Shown here piece after piece: positions 1 to 9,008 of a DNA stretch of 64,000 nt; within the stretch, counting starts at the first letter, position 1; each line of letters opens with the position of its first letter. The DNA is from a virus. The position numbers and the translations under genes were made by a program. The notes below the pieces were generated by a model. It did not search any database, was not told where the DNA came from, and saw only the letters and a list, made by a program, of their open reading frames with translations. The DNA lies in IMG/VR virus record IMGVR_UViG_3300027782_000044, positions 32,001 to 96,000 of that record; one strand, written 5' to 3'.

Positions 1-1717
1 GTTGAACAACTCCCTTAGTTATATATCCAAAGAAGTTTGCAAGCACACCAGTTAACATAATAAGAGGACCAACCAGTGCTGTAAATCCAGCTAAAAATGT
101 TAATCCCTTTTTAATTGGGTCAGGCAACTTAGTAAAGAAATCTAAAATCTTTGTAGCTGCGCTTATAAGCTTGGTAGCAACTCCAAGAAACTCTTCTCCA
201 ACATCTGCAAGCTCTGCTTTAAGGCCTTCTATAGCCCTCTTGTATTTACCAGATGCGGACTCTGTAACCATTTTTAATTCTCGGCTAGCAACTGCTGCTA
301 AATCTGAAGTGCTTGCTTTCATTAAATCTAAAACTTGAAGAGTCTGGCTACCCTGCTTTCCTAAGTTGTTAAGCAATGCGCTCATTCTTGCAAATTGGAA
401 CTTACCAAACATTTGCTCCATTGCTCTTGCTTTACTTAATGGATCTAAACCATCAAGAGCTTTCTGCAAATCCATAAGCAAGCCAGTTGTATTTCCAGTA
501 TTTTTTGCAACCATTCCCATTACATCTATGCCAAAATCTGACATCATGCCAACTGTTTGTTTTGTTGGGTTAATAAGTGATGCTAGACCAGACTTTAAAG
601 CATTGGCGCCTTCTGATGCGCTAATTCCACCTTCTCTCATTGCAGTTAAATAGAGAGCTAAATCTTTAACACTTCCTCCAAGCTGTTGAATTACTGGTCC
701 AGCTTTTGGGATAGCCTCTACTAGGTCATTAAGAGTTGTTGAAGTTTGGTTTTCAACTGCGTTGAGAAAGTTAATTGATTCAGTTAGTTGTTGAGTATTT
801 TGCTTAAAAGCTGTCTGAATAGAAAGAGTTGCTTTCATTGCATCTTGTCTATCTACTTCACCGAGTATTGCTAGTCTTGTTGTTTCTGCAATTGATCCAA
901 GGAGCTCGTCACCAGTTTGTCCTGTTGCCGCGATATCAGCACCTAGCGCAATAGTTTCTTTAAAAGATGCACCCATTGTCTTAGATAAAACTTTTGCTGT
1001 TTCAACAACTTCTTCTCTAATTGCTCTTAAATCTGAAGCGGATGTAGCTGCAAGACCGCCATAAACTTTTGTTAATCTTACAAGCTCTGCGTCTGCTTCT
1101 CTAAATGCTTTTCCAGCTGCCGCTCCAAACATAGTTAGAGGAACTGTGAGTCCTACGGTAAGCTGTCTACCTGCCCACTGAGTATTTTTACCCCAGTTAA
1201 TTAAAGACCCTGCTCCTTCAGATAATGCACGATTCATAATCTGCATTTCCATGCGAGCTAATTTTCCGCTATTTGCTATTGCATCTAAGCCTCTAGGAAT
1301 CATTACATTGTATTGCATTAAACCTTGAGCATTTCTGCCCAGAGGTTGCAGTACTGAATTTTGAAGCATTACCTGTTCTTTGGCAAGCTCCCTGATCATA
1401 CCCTTTTGAGTTGTAGAGTGCTCTCTAAATGTTTGGAAATAGTTCTTAAGCTTTAGTCTACCAGCATCTAAGTTTTTACCAAATTTATCTACATCAGAAT
1501 TAAGGTTTACAAAGTGGCTGGAGAACTGTCCGCTTCCAGTTAAGGTATCTCTGAATAGATTATTTGCTAATTTTGTTGAAGAAGATATTGCTTTGTTTGA
1601 TGCAAGGAGTTCTCTTTGTAGTTGCTGGAGACTAGCACTAGCCCTGTGTACTTCAGACACAAGGCTAGACAAGTCGGCTTTGGCGACTATACTGGTTACA
1701 ATTTGTTCGTCAGCCAT
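1..1717 (-). CDS. Tape measure protein (N-terminal part; runs off the window)
   Basis: Not in the ORF track because it is truncated. ATG at 1717 overlaps the upstream TAA. Reads MADEQIVTSIVAKADLSSLVSEVHRASASLQQLQ..., Ala/Gln/Leu-rich helical, directly after the tail chaperones. Confidence 0.88.
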   Translation of the reverse strand, partial: MADEQIVTSIVAKADLSSLVSEVHRASASLQQLQRELLASNKAISSSTKLANNLFRDTLTGSGQFSSHFVNLNSDVDKFGKNLDAGRLKLKNYFQTFREHSTTQKGMIRELAKEQVMLQNSVLQPLGRNAQGLMQYNVMIPRGLDAIANSGKLARMEMQIMNRALSEGAGSLINWGKNTQWAGRQLTVGLTVPLTMFGAAAGKAFREADAELVRLTKVYGGLAATSASDLRAIREEVVETAKVLSKTMGASFKETIALGADIAATGQTGDELLGSIAETTRLAILGEVDRQDAMKATLSIQTAFKQNTQQLTESINFLNAVENQTSTTLNDLVEAIPKAGPVIQQLGGSVKDLALYLTAMREGGISASEGANALKSGLASLINPTKQTVGMMSDFGIDVMGMVAKNTGNTTGLLMDLQKALDGLDPLSKARAMEQMFGKFQFARMSALLNNLGKQGSQTLQVLDLMKASTSDLAAVASRELKMVTESASGKYKRAIEGLKAELADVGEEFLGVATKLISAATKILDFFTKLPDPIKKGLTFLAGFTALVGPLIMLTGVLANFFGYITKGVVQ

Positions 1718-2094
1718 TAATTACTCCTAGAATATCCTAACCCTGCGCCAATTCCAAATCCAGCTTGTGCTGCGAATGGCCCTTGTAATCCAACAACATC
1801 ATCTGCTGATGCTGTTATACCAAGTGCTCTTCTTTGGATATCTTCAAAGGTAGAACCTTTTTTTTCTTCTTCTACATCATCATCTAATTGTATTCCTTTT
1901 AGTGATGCTGCAAACTTTCTTTGGTTGTGCTCTTTTAGGTTTATCGCTGTTATGGTTTGAACCAACTCTGGCATCGATAAATTTTCTTCTAGCTCTTCAT
2001 AATTCTTCCAGTGTCCCAGAAGAAAAACTTGGCCTTCTAAAGCGGCTAAATCTAGTTCTGACCAGCCAGTACTGCTGCCGCTATCAGGTTTGGG
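1717..2094 (-). CDS. Tail assembly chaperone C-terminal extension (GT-type, -1 frameshift product)
   Basis: The -1 frame is open from the heptamer C CCA AAC (2094-2088) through WSELDLAALEGQVFLLGHWKNYEELEE into ORF 1717..1974. Confidence 0.75.
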   Translation of the reverse strand, partial: PKPDSGSSTGWSELDLAALEGQVFLLGHWKNYEELEENLSMPELVQTITAINLKEHNQRKFAASLKGIQLDDDVEEEKKGSTFEDIQRRALGITASADDVVGLQGPFAAQAGFGIGAGLGYSRSN

Positions 2095-2384
2095 TCGTCC
2101 ATCTTAATTCCTCCGCAAACTTCAAGGATGCGGTTAATTGTTGGAACGTCTAATGCTTCTTCTAGCTTGTCTAGGTCTGCAACTAGATCTGGTAGCTGAG
2201 TTTCTATTGCAACTCCGCATGCTTCTACCAAAATACCAAGTGTTGCAGCTTCGTCTTCTGCGTCTTGAACTTTTTTAATTACTTCCATAAACTTTCGTAG
2301 TTGCTTGATTGATAATGGCTTGAGCTTTACTTTAGCTCCGCTTTGTAGTTCAATCTCTTCTACGTCATATACTGTTGTTGCCAT
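2052..2384 (-). CDS. Tail assembly chaperone (G-type)
   Basis: 110 aa acidic protein between major tail protein and tape measure. Confidence 0.8.
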   Translation of the reverse strand: MATTVYDVEEIELQSGAKVKLKPLSIKQLRKFMEVIKKVQDAEDEAATLGILVEACGVAIETQLPDLVADLDKLEEALDVPTINRILEVCGGIKMDDPNLIAAAVLAGQN

Positions 2385-2445
2385 TGTATCCTCCTTAAGG
2401 ATCGTCTAAATTATTATAGCATAATCATTATAAGGGTACAACAGC

Positions 2446-2472
2446 AAAGCCCCCAATTTCTTGGGGGCTTTG
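2446..2472 (-). terminator. Intrinsic terminator after major tail gene
   Basis: AAAGCCCCCAA-TTTC-TTGGGGGCTTT hairpin. Confidence 0.7.
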
Positions 2473-2491
2473 ATATTAATTATTAATATAA

Positions 2492-3265
2492 TTAAGCTGA
2501 TAGAACACGGTCAATAATTTTACCGTACTCTGAACCAATGTGGCTTGCTTCACCTGATGGGAGAAGACGGAATGTCACTGGGAATGTTGTTGCTGCTGTA
2601 CGAGCCAAAGAGAACTGTGACTGCTCAACAGACAAAACACGACGTGCATAGTATACACGCTCTGTTGTTATATTAGCGCCTGAATCATCTCTTGTTGGAG
2701 CTTGTCCAATTGCAATTAGTTGACGCTCTGTTGGAGCTGCACCTAGTGCGCCTGCTTCCAAGCCTAGTACGTCAACGTCAGAACCCTTTACTAGCGTTGA
2801 TCCCTTTTGTCCAAATACTGCTAGGATATTTTCTAGAGTACCTTCTGCCATTTCTGTTGAAATTTGAACCTGCATAGCAGACTTGAAAAGCTTAGCTGTA
2901 TCGAGCAACTGATCAACAGTTACTGAATCGAATGTTGGCTGGTAGCTGATCTGAAGACCGTTATTTGTGTAACCTACGTTACGATATGCTCCACCCTTTT
3001 TTGGGTTAGATGCTGTAAACGGAGCTGTTGCTTGTGTAGTAGCTGTGTCTACAGATACCTTATTTAATGTATCTGTGTAAGACTCTCCTGCTAAGAATGC
3101 TGGTACGTAACGGTTTTTATCTGCAACGAAAGCATTTTCTGGGGTTGCCCCTGCTTCCATGCTATTATCATAACCATTTACGGTTGAATCTTCTACTGAC
3201 AAAAATAGTGGTGATGCTCCAACAAGAATGTTGCGGGCGTCTCCTGTATTTTGATATGTTGCCAT
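2492..3265 (-). CDS. Major tail (tube) protein
   Basis: NILVGA...YRNVGYTNNGLQISYQP...VTVDQ...FPVTFRLLP pattern of actinophage tail tube proteins; synteny; start placed at MATYQ behind a GGAGG RBS. Confidence 0.85.
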   Translation of the reverse strand: MATYQNTGDARNILVGASPLFLSVEDSTVNGYDNSMEAGATPENAFVADKNRYVPAFLAGESYTDTLNKVSVDTATTQATAPFTASNPKKGGAYRNVGYTNNGLQISYQPTFDSVTVDQLLDTAKLFKSAMQVQISTEMAEGTLENILAVFGQKGSTLVKGSDVDVLGLEAGALGAAPTERQLIAIGQAPTRDDSGANITTERVYYARRVLSVEQSQFSLARTAATTFPVTFRLLPSGEASHIGSEYGKIIDRVLSA

Positions 3266-3369
3266 AATTGTATTGCCTCCTGATTTCATATGAAATTAAT
3301 ATATATATTTTGGCTGGCTAGGCCCTTTCCTCTGTTCTAATTTTACTCTACTATATTATAAAAGGCAAA

Positions 3370-3879
3370 TTAGGCAAACCTGCCCTGGCCATTTGTTATC
3401 CTTGAATATTTGACCTCTAATATGACATCTGCTGCATAGAATCCTTGGATTTCTTCTGATGGAGCTGTAGATGATATGTCTGCTATATGGATACTATGGA
3501 ATTTGAATTTATCTGATAACCCCGCCCATTTATTCACATCTCTGGCAGATTCATCCATTCTTCTGAATTCATCTGTTAGGAAGTTTCTTATTTCAACAAT
3601 ATCGATAAGTTCTGGAGAATATAGTGTTAGCAGTATTTGCTCGCAGCATATCATCCAGTTATTCTCATAAGACATTCCTATCTTGTCGTAGACTATATGC
3701 TTCTTACCGCTTAAAAACTGATTCATCTCTGGTTGTTGCTGGACTGGAACAATTGGCACAAGAGTCTCATTTAGATTATCTGAATAATATTCTTCCTCGT
3801 TGAATATGCCTAACCATGTAAGCCTGTTCCAAAGGAACTTTCTTATTTCAAACATTGCATCTAATTTATAATTAGCCAT
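3370..3879 (-). CDS. Putative tail terminator/completion protein
   Basis: Immediately upstream of the major tail gene; start moved to MANYKLD. Confidence 0.55.
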   Translation of the reverse strand: MANYKLDAMFEIRKFLWNRLTWLGIFNEEEYYSDNLNETLVPIVPVQQQPEMNQFLSGKKHIVYDKIGMSYENNWMICCEQILLTLYSPELIDIVEIRNFLTDEFRRMDESARDVNKWAGLSDKFKFHSIHIADISSTAPSEEIQGFYAADVILEVKYSRITNGQGRFA

Positions 3880-4663
3880 GTGATAACCTCGCAAATGCTG
3901 ATGATGTTGCAGCCTCAGCTTCACTTGCCAATTGATTTGGTGAGAAACTATATTTAACTGATTTAACTTGTGCTGGTACACCCAGCGCTCTAGACAATGA
4001 TGAATTAAATAATCTCTGGAATCCCGATTTTTTTATAGACATATTGACTAGCTGTCCAGTAAAGAAATATCTATACTGTGCAAAGAAGGCGTTTTTGGTT
4101 GCCGCACCTCCTGGTTTTCTAACAGTAACGGATTCGCCTTTTGGCATAAATATTGTGTATCCGTCTACATCAAATACCAGCCTTTCAGAAAATCTTGGCC
4201 TTATGACTACAGTCTTTCCCTCTTCCATAACAGAAGCTTTTTTTACAAAGACGTGTTTATTGTTAGAGTTTTCAGATGGTACAAAAGACTTTGAGTCAGT
4301 TAGTTCGTAATTAATTTTTAATGATAATCCATCTGCAGGAAGCTTATTTAATTTAAATAGTCTTGCCTCGCTATCTCCTACTCTTCCCCATTCGTAAACA
4401 TGGTGAAAAGATTTTGGAGATGTTCTTGCTTTTGCGTCTATATAGTCTGCAAAGTCGATCTGAACCTGATCAAATATGACACTTCTAAATGCTGATTGAA
4501 ACTGTGGGTTAGCAGCAAGCTTAGCCATAACATTTGTTTTATAAAATAAAGCTGCAGATATCTGAGCAACTGTGCTGTCTTTTATTGCACCACTTACTGG
4601 CTTATTAGACATTAAATTAACTAATCCGCTTGCTGCTTTAATTGCTAAAATTTCAGATGCCAA
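3872..4663 (-). CDS. Putative neck/tail completion protein
   Basis: Synteny in head-tail block; FHHVYEW..VG...ARLF motif; probable TTG start. Confidence 0.5.
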   Translation of the reverse strand: MASEILAIKAASGLVNLMSNKPVSGAIKDSTVAQISAALFYKTNVMAKLAANPQFQSAFRSVIFDQVQIDFADYIDAKARTSPKSFHHVYEWGRVGDSEARLFKLNKLPADGLSLKINYELTDSKSFVPSENSNNKHVFVKKASVMEEGKTVVIRPRFSERLVFDVDGYTIFMPKGESVTVRKPGGAATKNAFFAQYRYFFTGQLVNMSIKKSGFQRLFNSSLSRALGVPAQVKSVKYSFSPNQLASEAEAATSSAFARLSHG

Positions 4664-5078
4664 TTTGTTGATTCTCCGCTCTTTCCAATGAAGAATTGTA
4701 TCCAACAACATTTCCAAAAGGATCTGCTATTGGGGTTGTTCCCATAACATCAAATACAGTATCTGTATCATTTGGGTAATTTAATTCATACCATATTGGT
4801 TTCCCATTGACATCTCTAATATTCTTAACTTTATCTCTAGCAGTAAGTCTTTCAGATGTTCTAACTTCTATAGACTGATCATTAGAATATTTGTTAGAAA
4901 ATTTTTGCTTGTCATTTCCTTTAGCCCCGCCCTGCGTAATAATTCCACGAGCATAACAATCTAATGTTTTAATATAAGAAAACTCTCTAACCATTGCACC
5001 AGTGTTTGGATCCTGCCGTTCTGATTGACGGTAGACATCCATTTTCATGGTCATTAAACCATCAACCACGTCAAACAT
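4653..5078 (-). CDS. Putative head closure (stopper) protein
   Basis: 141 aa, beta-rich, follows the adaptor gene. Confidence 0.55.
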   Translation of the reverse strand: MFDVVDGLMTMKMDVYRQSERQDPNTGAMVREFSYIKTLDCYARGIITQGGAKGNDKQKFSNKYSNDQSIEVRTSERLTARDKVKNIRDVNGKPIWYELNYPNDTDTVFDVMGTTPIADPFGNVVGYNSSLERAENQQIGI

Positions 5079-6061
5079 TACACCAGTACCATTTGTGTTA
5101 TAACATAGTCTGCTAAAAGTTTATCTGCGTAAGAAGATCCTGTTCCGCTAAAAGCTTCAGAAGAATACTCAAAGTCCCAGTCTGTTGTGGAGATCTTTTT
5201 AACGTATCTATCTCTCCATACACGGTCTTTTGCAAAGTACATCTTCATTAGCTCAACTGCTGCGTCTCTAACTTCATTTGGAATATAATCCCAGCCGAAT
5301 CTTGCATAAACTTTATACGACTTTGATCTTCTAAAAATATTTGGGGAAGAGTCATTTATTGAAGGCGGTACCATTCCATTTGCAATATATACATCGTCAT
5401 TAACGCCAGAAAAATGATTGGCTCTTATTCCAAATCCACTTACTGTATTTTCAACAACTATGCCTAAGTTGTTAATGCTATTGATATTGTCTATAAGCAA
5501 TTCATCATTGGCATATAGGGTATGTAGCCTATTTATTTTTTTAGGCATTGAAAGTGTATCTGAATCACTTCCTATTGTAAAGAATCTATCATCATGCAAA
5601 TAAAACTTTTGCCCTGTATGCCCTTCAATTATGTTTCTTGCGTATCTTTCTGCTAGCTTTAATTCCTGATGTGTTTTATGATTTGGATCATTTGCATCTG
5701 AACCAAGTCCCATTTCTTGTGCTGCTTCTTGTATATCGACATACGGAGTAATAACATCAAGGTAGGTTGTATTTGAATAGGATACGGAGTCGTATTGCCA
5801 ATCCCATATTAATTTAAACTTTCTGTTTCTTGTTGTATGCTGTATTGGAAGGTATACGCTAAATGAGCCCTGATCTACTTCACTTGCTTCTGCTGTAACA
5901 GTAGCAATAATTGTTGAAGGACTAATTTGTGGAGAGACAACTGGATCACCAGTTATATCATAAAATTTTACGATTACTGATGCGGTAGGCGTAACTGCTT
6001 CACCTTTTACGTAAAGCTTTGTTGTGGCTGCCGTGCTTGTATTCTGGTATATCTCTGCCAT
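5078..6061 (-). CDS. Head-tail adaptor/connector protein
   Basis: C-terminal GWDYIPNEVRDAAVELMK and GTGSSYADKLL..Y motifs typical of gp6/gp15-like adaptors. Confidence 0.7.
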   Translation of the reverse strand: MAEIYQNTSTAATTKLYVKGEAVTPTASVIVKFYDITGDPVVSPQISPSTIIATVTAEASEVDQGSFSVYLPIQHTTRNRKFKLIWDWQYDSVSYSNTTYLDVITPYVDIQEAAQEMGLGSDANDPNHKTHQELKLAERYARNIIEGHTGQKFYLHDDRFFTIGSDSDTLSMPKKINRLHTLYANDELLIDNINSINNLGIVVENTVSGFGIRANHFSGVNDDVYIANGMVPPSINDSSPNIFRRSKSYKVYARFGWDYIPNEVRDAAVELMKMYFAKDRVWRDRYVKKISTTDWDFEYSSEAFSGTGSSYADKLLADYVITQMVLV

Positions 6062-6070
6062 TTGTTAGGC

Positions 6071-6469
6071 TTAGTTGTAATACTCCTGTACTTCTCTAGG
6101 TGTAGCCAATCTAAACCCTTCCTCCTTATCAAAAATTTCTTGAGCCACATCGGGCTTCATTGCTACAAATGGGTGCTCTATTGTAAATGTAAACCCTAGC
6201 GCATCATATCTATAGTTTGGTCGATCCATCTTTACAAGAACCATATCTTCATCAAGTTTTTGATTTGGATCCAGTCTAGGAAGAATTTCATCTGAGTCTT
6301 CTTTTGCATTTTCTATGTTCTTAAGTGTTCCTTGGTAAACTGACCAAGTTACTCCTTCTTCTGCAAGTGATGCGATAATATCTGCTTTGTTTTTTAGGCC
6401 GTCCACGTCAACTGCGAAGTCCGCTGCTAATGTTTTTAGTTCCTTGACCTTAAGTGTGTCAAATGACAT
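6071..6469 (-). CDS. Hypothetical head-associated protein with N-terminal helix-extended-helix-like motif
   Basis: LKVKELK.LA....V...GLKNKADII resembles Rho-N/HeH; lies between capsid and adaptor. Confidence 0.45.
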   Translation of the reverse strand: MSFDTLKVKELKTLAADFAVDVDGLKNKADIIASLAEEGVTWSVYQGTLKNIENAKEDSDEILPRLDPNQKLDEDMVLVKMDRPNYRYDALGFTFTIEHPFVAMKPDVAQEIFDKEEGFRLATPREVQEYYN

Positions 6470-6521
6470 ATATATACTCCTTTGGTATGTATACAAATTA
6501 TAGCACTATAAAATTAAAATG

Positions 6522-6551
6522 AAAAGCCCCTAAAATTAATTAGGGGCCTTT
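6522..6551 (-). terminator. Intrinsic terminator after major capsid gene
   Basis: AAAAGCCCCTAA...TTAGGGGCCTTT hairpin. Confidence 0.7.
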
Positions 6552-6571
6552 CCAGCAAGTTATTTCTTAAA

Positions 6572-7621
6572 TTAAGAAGCAACCTTAACGTCTTTAACGA
6601 CTACCCATGCGTCTGCCTGCTCAATTTGGGTACCCACGCGAGTATACATTGTATATTCGATTGAGTCCTTCTTTGGCCAGAAGAAGCGGTAAACAGTTAC
6701 ATCACGCTTGATACCAATAACAACGTTATTTGGGAATGTCAAGTGGACGTCTCCGTGCTCTCCTGTTGGTGTTGCATATGATCCTACCTGAGTTTCCTTA
6801 AGTAGTGGAACTTCAACAATTGGAATACCAAATGCAAATGGTGCAACATATCCTGCTGGACCACCTAGACCACCCTGGTCTCCACGGATGATGCTTGAAG
6901 CAATATCCTGTGGGTTAACGTTCTGGATGTTCTGTGAAGTTGAATACAAGTAATCTTGTATAAGGTTTGAGCCTGCAAGGAAGCGTAGGTCTGGACGACG
7001 CTGCTTGTACTTACGTGGCATTGCCTTAAGGGCCTTGTTGAAGATGTCACGGGAAATTGCTGCACCCGCTCCAGCTACTACACGACCATTTGTCTTTGCA
7101 ATCTTAACAACACCGTCGAATGACTTGTAAAGTGCATCTCCAGTTAGAGCTGTGTTACCGTTAAGAACTACGTCCTCAAGGTCGTTACCAGCCTGTGTTG
7201 CCATAAGTCTTGCAATGTGATCTTCTAGATCTGCACCTTCAATGTTATCTTCTAGAGACTCAGTTGAAAGCTCCCAATCTAGACGAAGCTTCTTTGTTGT
7301 GAGAGAAATCTTTGAGAACTGTACAGCTGCATTTGAGCCAGTGTTCTCTGCTTCAGCTGCAAGCTTCATAAGCTTCTCACCGACGCCAATACGATCAATC
7401 TCTGTAGTGTCAGCTCTCATTCGAACTGTACGTGCTACCTTACCAATTACTGTTGCATCGAACATGTAATCGAGGAATCTTGCGGATTGCTCAGGATTGA
7501 GCAAGCCTCCCTTACCCTCGGAACCTACGTGAATTCCGTTGGTAGGGTCCGCAGCGCCAGTCATTCCACCTGTTAGTGTTGTGCCTGCTTCTGCTGCTTT
7601 TGCTAATAGTTCATTACTCAT
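6572..7621 (-). CDS. Major capsid protein (HK97 fold)
   Basis: GGLLNPEQSARFLD, ELSTESLEDNIEG, FGIPIVEVP; follows the protease gene and precedes a terminator. Confidence 0.92.
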   Translation of the reverse strand: MSNELLAKAAEAGTTLTGGMTGAADPTNGIHVGSEGKGGLLNPEQSARFLDYMFDATVIGKVARTVRMRADTTEIDRIGVGEKLMKLAAEAENTGSNAAVQFSKISLTTKKLRLDWELSTESLEDNIEGADLEDHIARLMATQAGNDLEDVVLNGNTALTGDALYKSFDGVVKIAKTNGRVVAGAGAAISRDIFNKALKAMPRKYKQRRPDLRFLAGSNLIQDYLYSTSQNIQNVNPQDIASSIIRGDQGGLGGPAGYVAPFAFGIPIVEVPLLKETQVGSYATPTGEHGDVHLTFPNNVVIGIKRDVTVYRFFWPKKDSIEYTMYTRVGTQIEQADAWVVVKDVKVAS

Positions 7622-7638
7622 TAGTTTTCACCATACCC

Positions 7639-8952
7639 TTATTTTGTTAATTCGCTAACGGAACCGAGGAAAGTGCCGTTCCATTTTGATTTTTTGATTG
7701 TTACTCCTGTTGACCCGCCAAGGTCAGAGGACTTCTTGATTGCAGTGTCTGATTCTACTGCGTCTACTCTTTTTTCAACTGTGTCCATGATGGACTTGAT
7801 TGAATCAACTGCTGTTGAGAGTTCTGTGTGCTTTTCTGCTAATTCTGAAATTCTCAAATCGACATTCTTGCTAAAAGCTTCGACTGTTTCCTTGATTGTT
7901 GAAACCTGAGCAGCGTTTGCCTCAGAGGCCTTTTCCAAAGTCTCTGAGAAGAAACCCTTAAGGTCGCCTAGCATTTTAACAAAGTCAGGTGACTCCTGAG
8001 ATGTTAGTTCTGCTGATTTTTCCAGAACTTCGGCAGAAGTTTCTTCAGCTACAACTTCAGCAGACTCTTGTTCTACTGGGGCAACTTCTAGAATAATTTC
8101 TGCAGGTGTTTCTACAACTGCTTCTTCTACTACTGGAGTTGCTTCTGTTACATTAAGCTTTTCCACTTCATTTCCTCCTTCTGCAATTGCCGTATTTATA
8201 TTTTGTGTTTCAGGCAATGTTTGCAATCTTGATCTACGTGAATCAAGAATCTTCTCTATTTCTTTTCCTTTGTTTACGTCGTTTGACTCTACCCATCCAA
8301 TGAGCTCTGTCTTTTTTCCAGTAACTGGAGACAAGTATTCTGATTCTGTTGACATAAAAACAGAATCGCTGTCTGCACAATAAAATATATTTTCCATTTT
8401 AACATCTGCTGCGATGCCTTTAAAAATCATTTGTCCGTTTACTTTTTCAATAGAAAAAATGTTACATAGTTCGTTTGCTGGTGAATCAACGATTGATAGT
8501 TCAACTAGTGCATAATCTTTAATAAATCTTACTGATGCTCCTGTTGATTTGTTTACTTCGTTATCTGATTCAAGAATCTTTCCGCCGATTGAGAAACCAG
8601 TTAAAGTTCCGTCTAGAACTTTTTCCCATGTATCCTGGGCGCCTTTTGAAATGTATGCATCAACGTAAACTCCGTTGTAAAATTCTTTTGTTATTGGGTC
8701 GTAAAAAGTTTCTGGTCTGAATGAAGCAACCTTGCCAACTGCAAGTGGCTGATGCATTTCTCTTAGGTTTCCTCTGAAACCTTCAAACGCTTTCATACTT
8801 GCTTCTTGCGTAACGACGTCACCAGTCTGATCTAGGTTATCTAATGTTGCAAAACCTGAGACTGTTCTTTTTTCTCGATTGACCTTTGTAAATGGAACAG
8901 CTAAATTAATAGCATTTCCATTTGAAGACCAATGTGACTTTTCGATAATCAT
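7639..8952 (-). CDS. Prohead protease (HK97-type) with acidic scaffold-like C-terminus
   Basis: VSGFATLDNLDQTGD, LREMH, GFSIGG, ELSIVDSPAN; Glu-rich coiled C-terminus. Confidence 0.9.
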   Translation of the reverse strand: MIIEKSHWSSNGNAINLAVPFTKVNREKRTVSGFATLDNLDQTGDVVTQEASMKAFEGFRGNLREMHQPLAVGKVASFRPETFYDPITKEFYNGVYVDAYISKGAQDTWEKVLDGTLTGFSIGGKILESDNEVNKSTGASVRFIKDYALVELSIVDSPANELCNIFSIEKVNGQMIFKGIAADVKMENIFYCADSDSVFMSTESEYLSPVTGKKTELIGWVESNDVNKGKEIEKILDSRRSRLQTLPETQNINTAIAEGGNEVEKLNVTEATPVVEEAVVETPAEIILEVAPVEQESAEVVAEETSAEVLEKSAELTSQESPDFVKMLGDLKGFFSETLEKASEANAAQVSTIKETVEAFSKNVDLRISELAEKHTELSTAVDSIKSIMDTVEKRVDAVESDTAIKKSSDLGGSTGVTIKKSKWNGTFLGSVSELTK

Positions 8953-8961
8953 ATGTTATAT

Positions 8962-8990
8962 ATTATAGAGATTATTGTATCAAAAGGCAA
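8962..8990 (-). promoter_or_regulatory. Sigma70-type promoter for the protease/capsid genes
   Basis: TTGCCT-N17-TATAAT on the minus strand; a similar TTGCCT...TAAAAT lies near 3340-3369 upstream of the major tail gene. Confidence 0.55.
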
Positions 8991-9008
8991 ATAACTAGTT
9001 GAGTAGGA

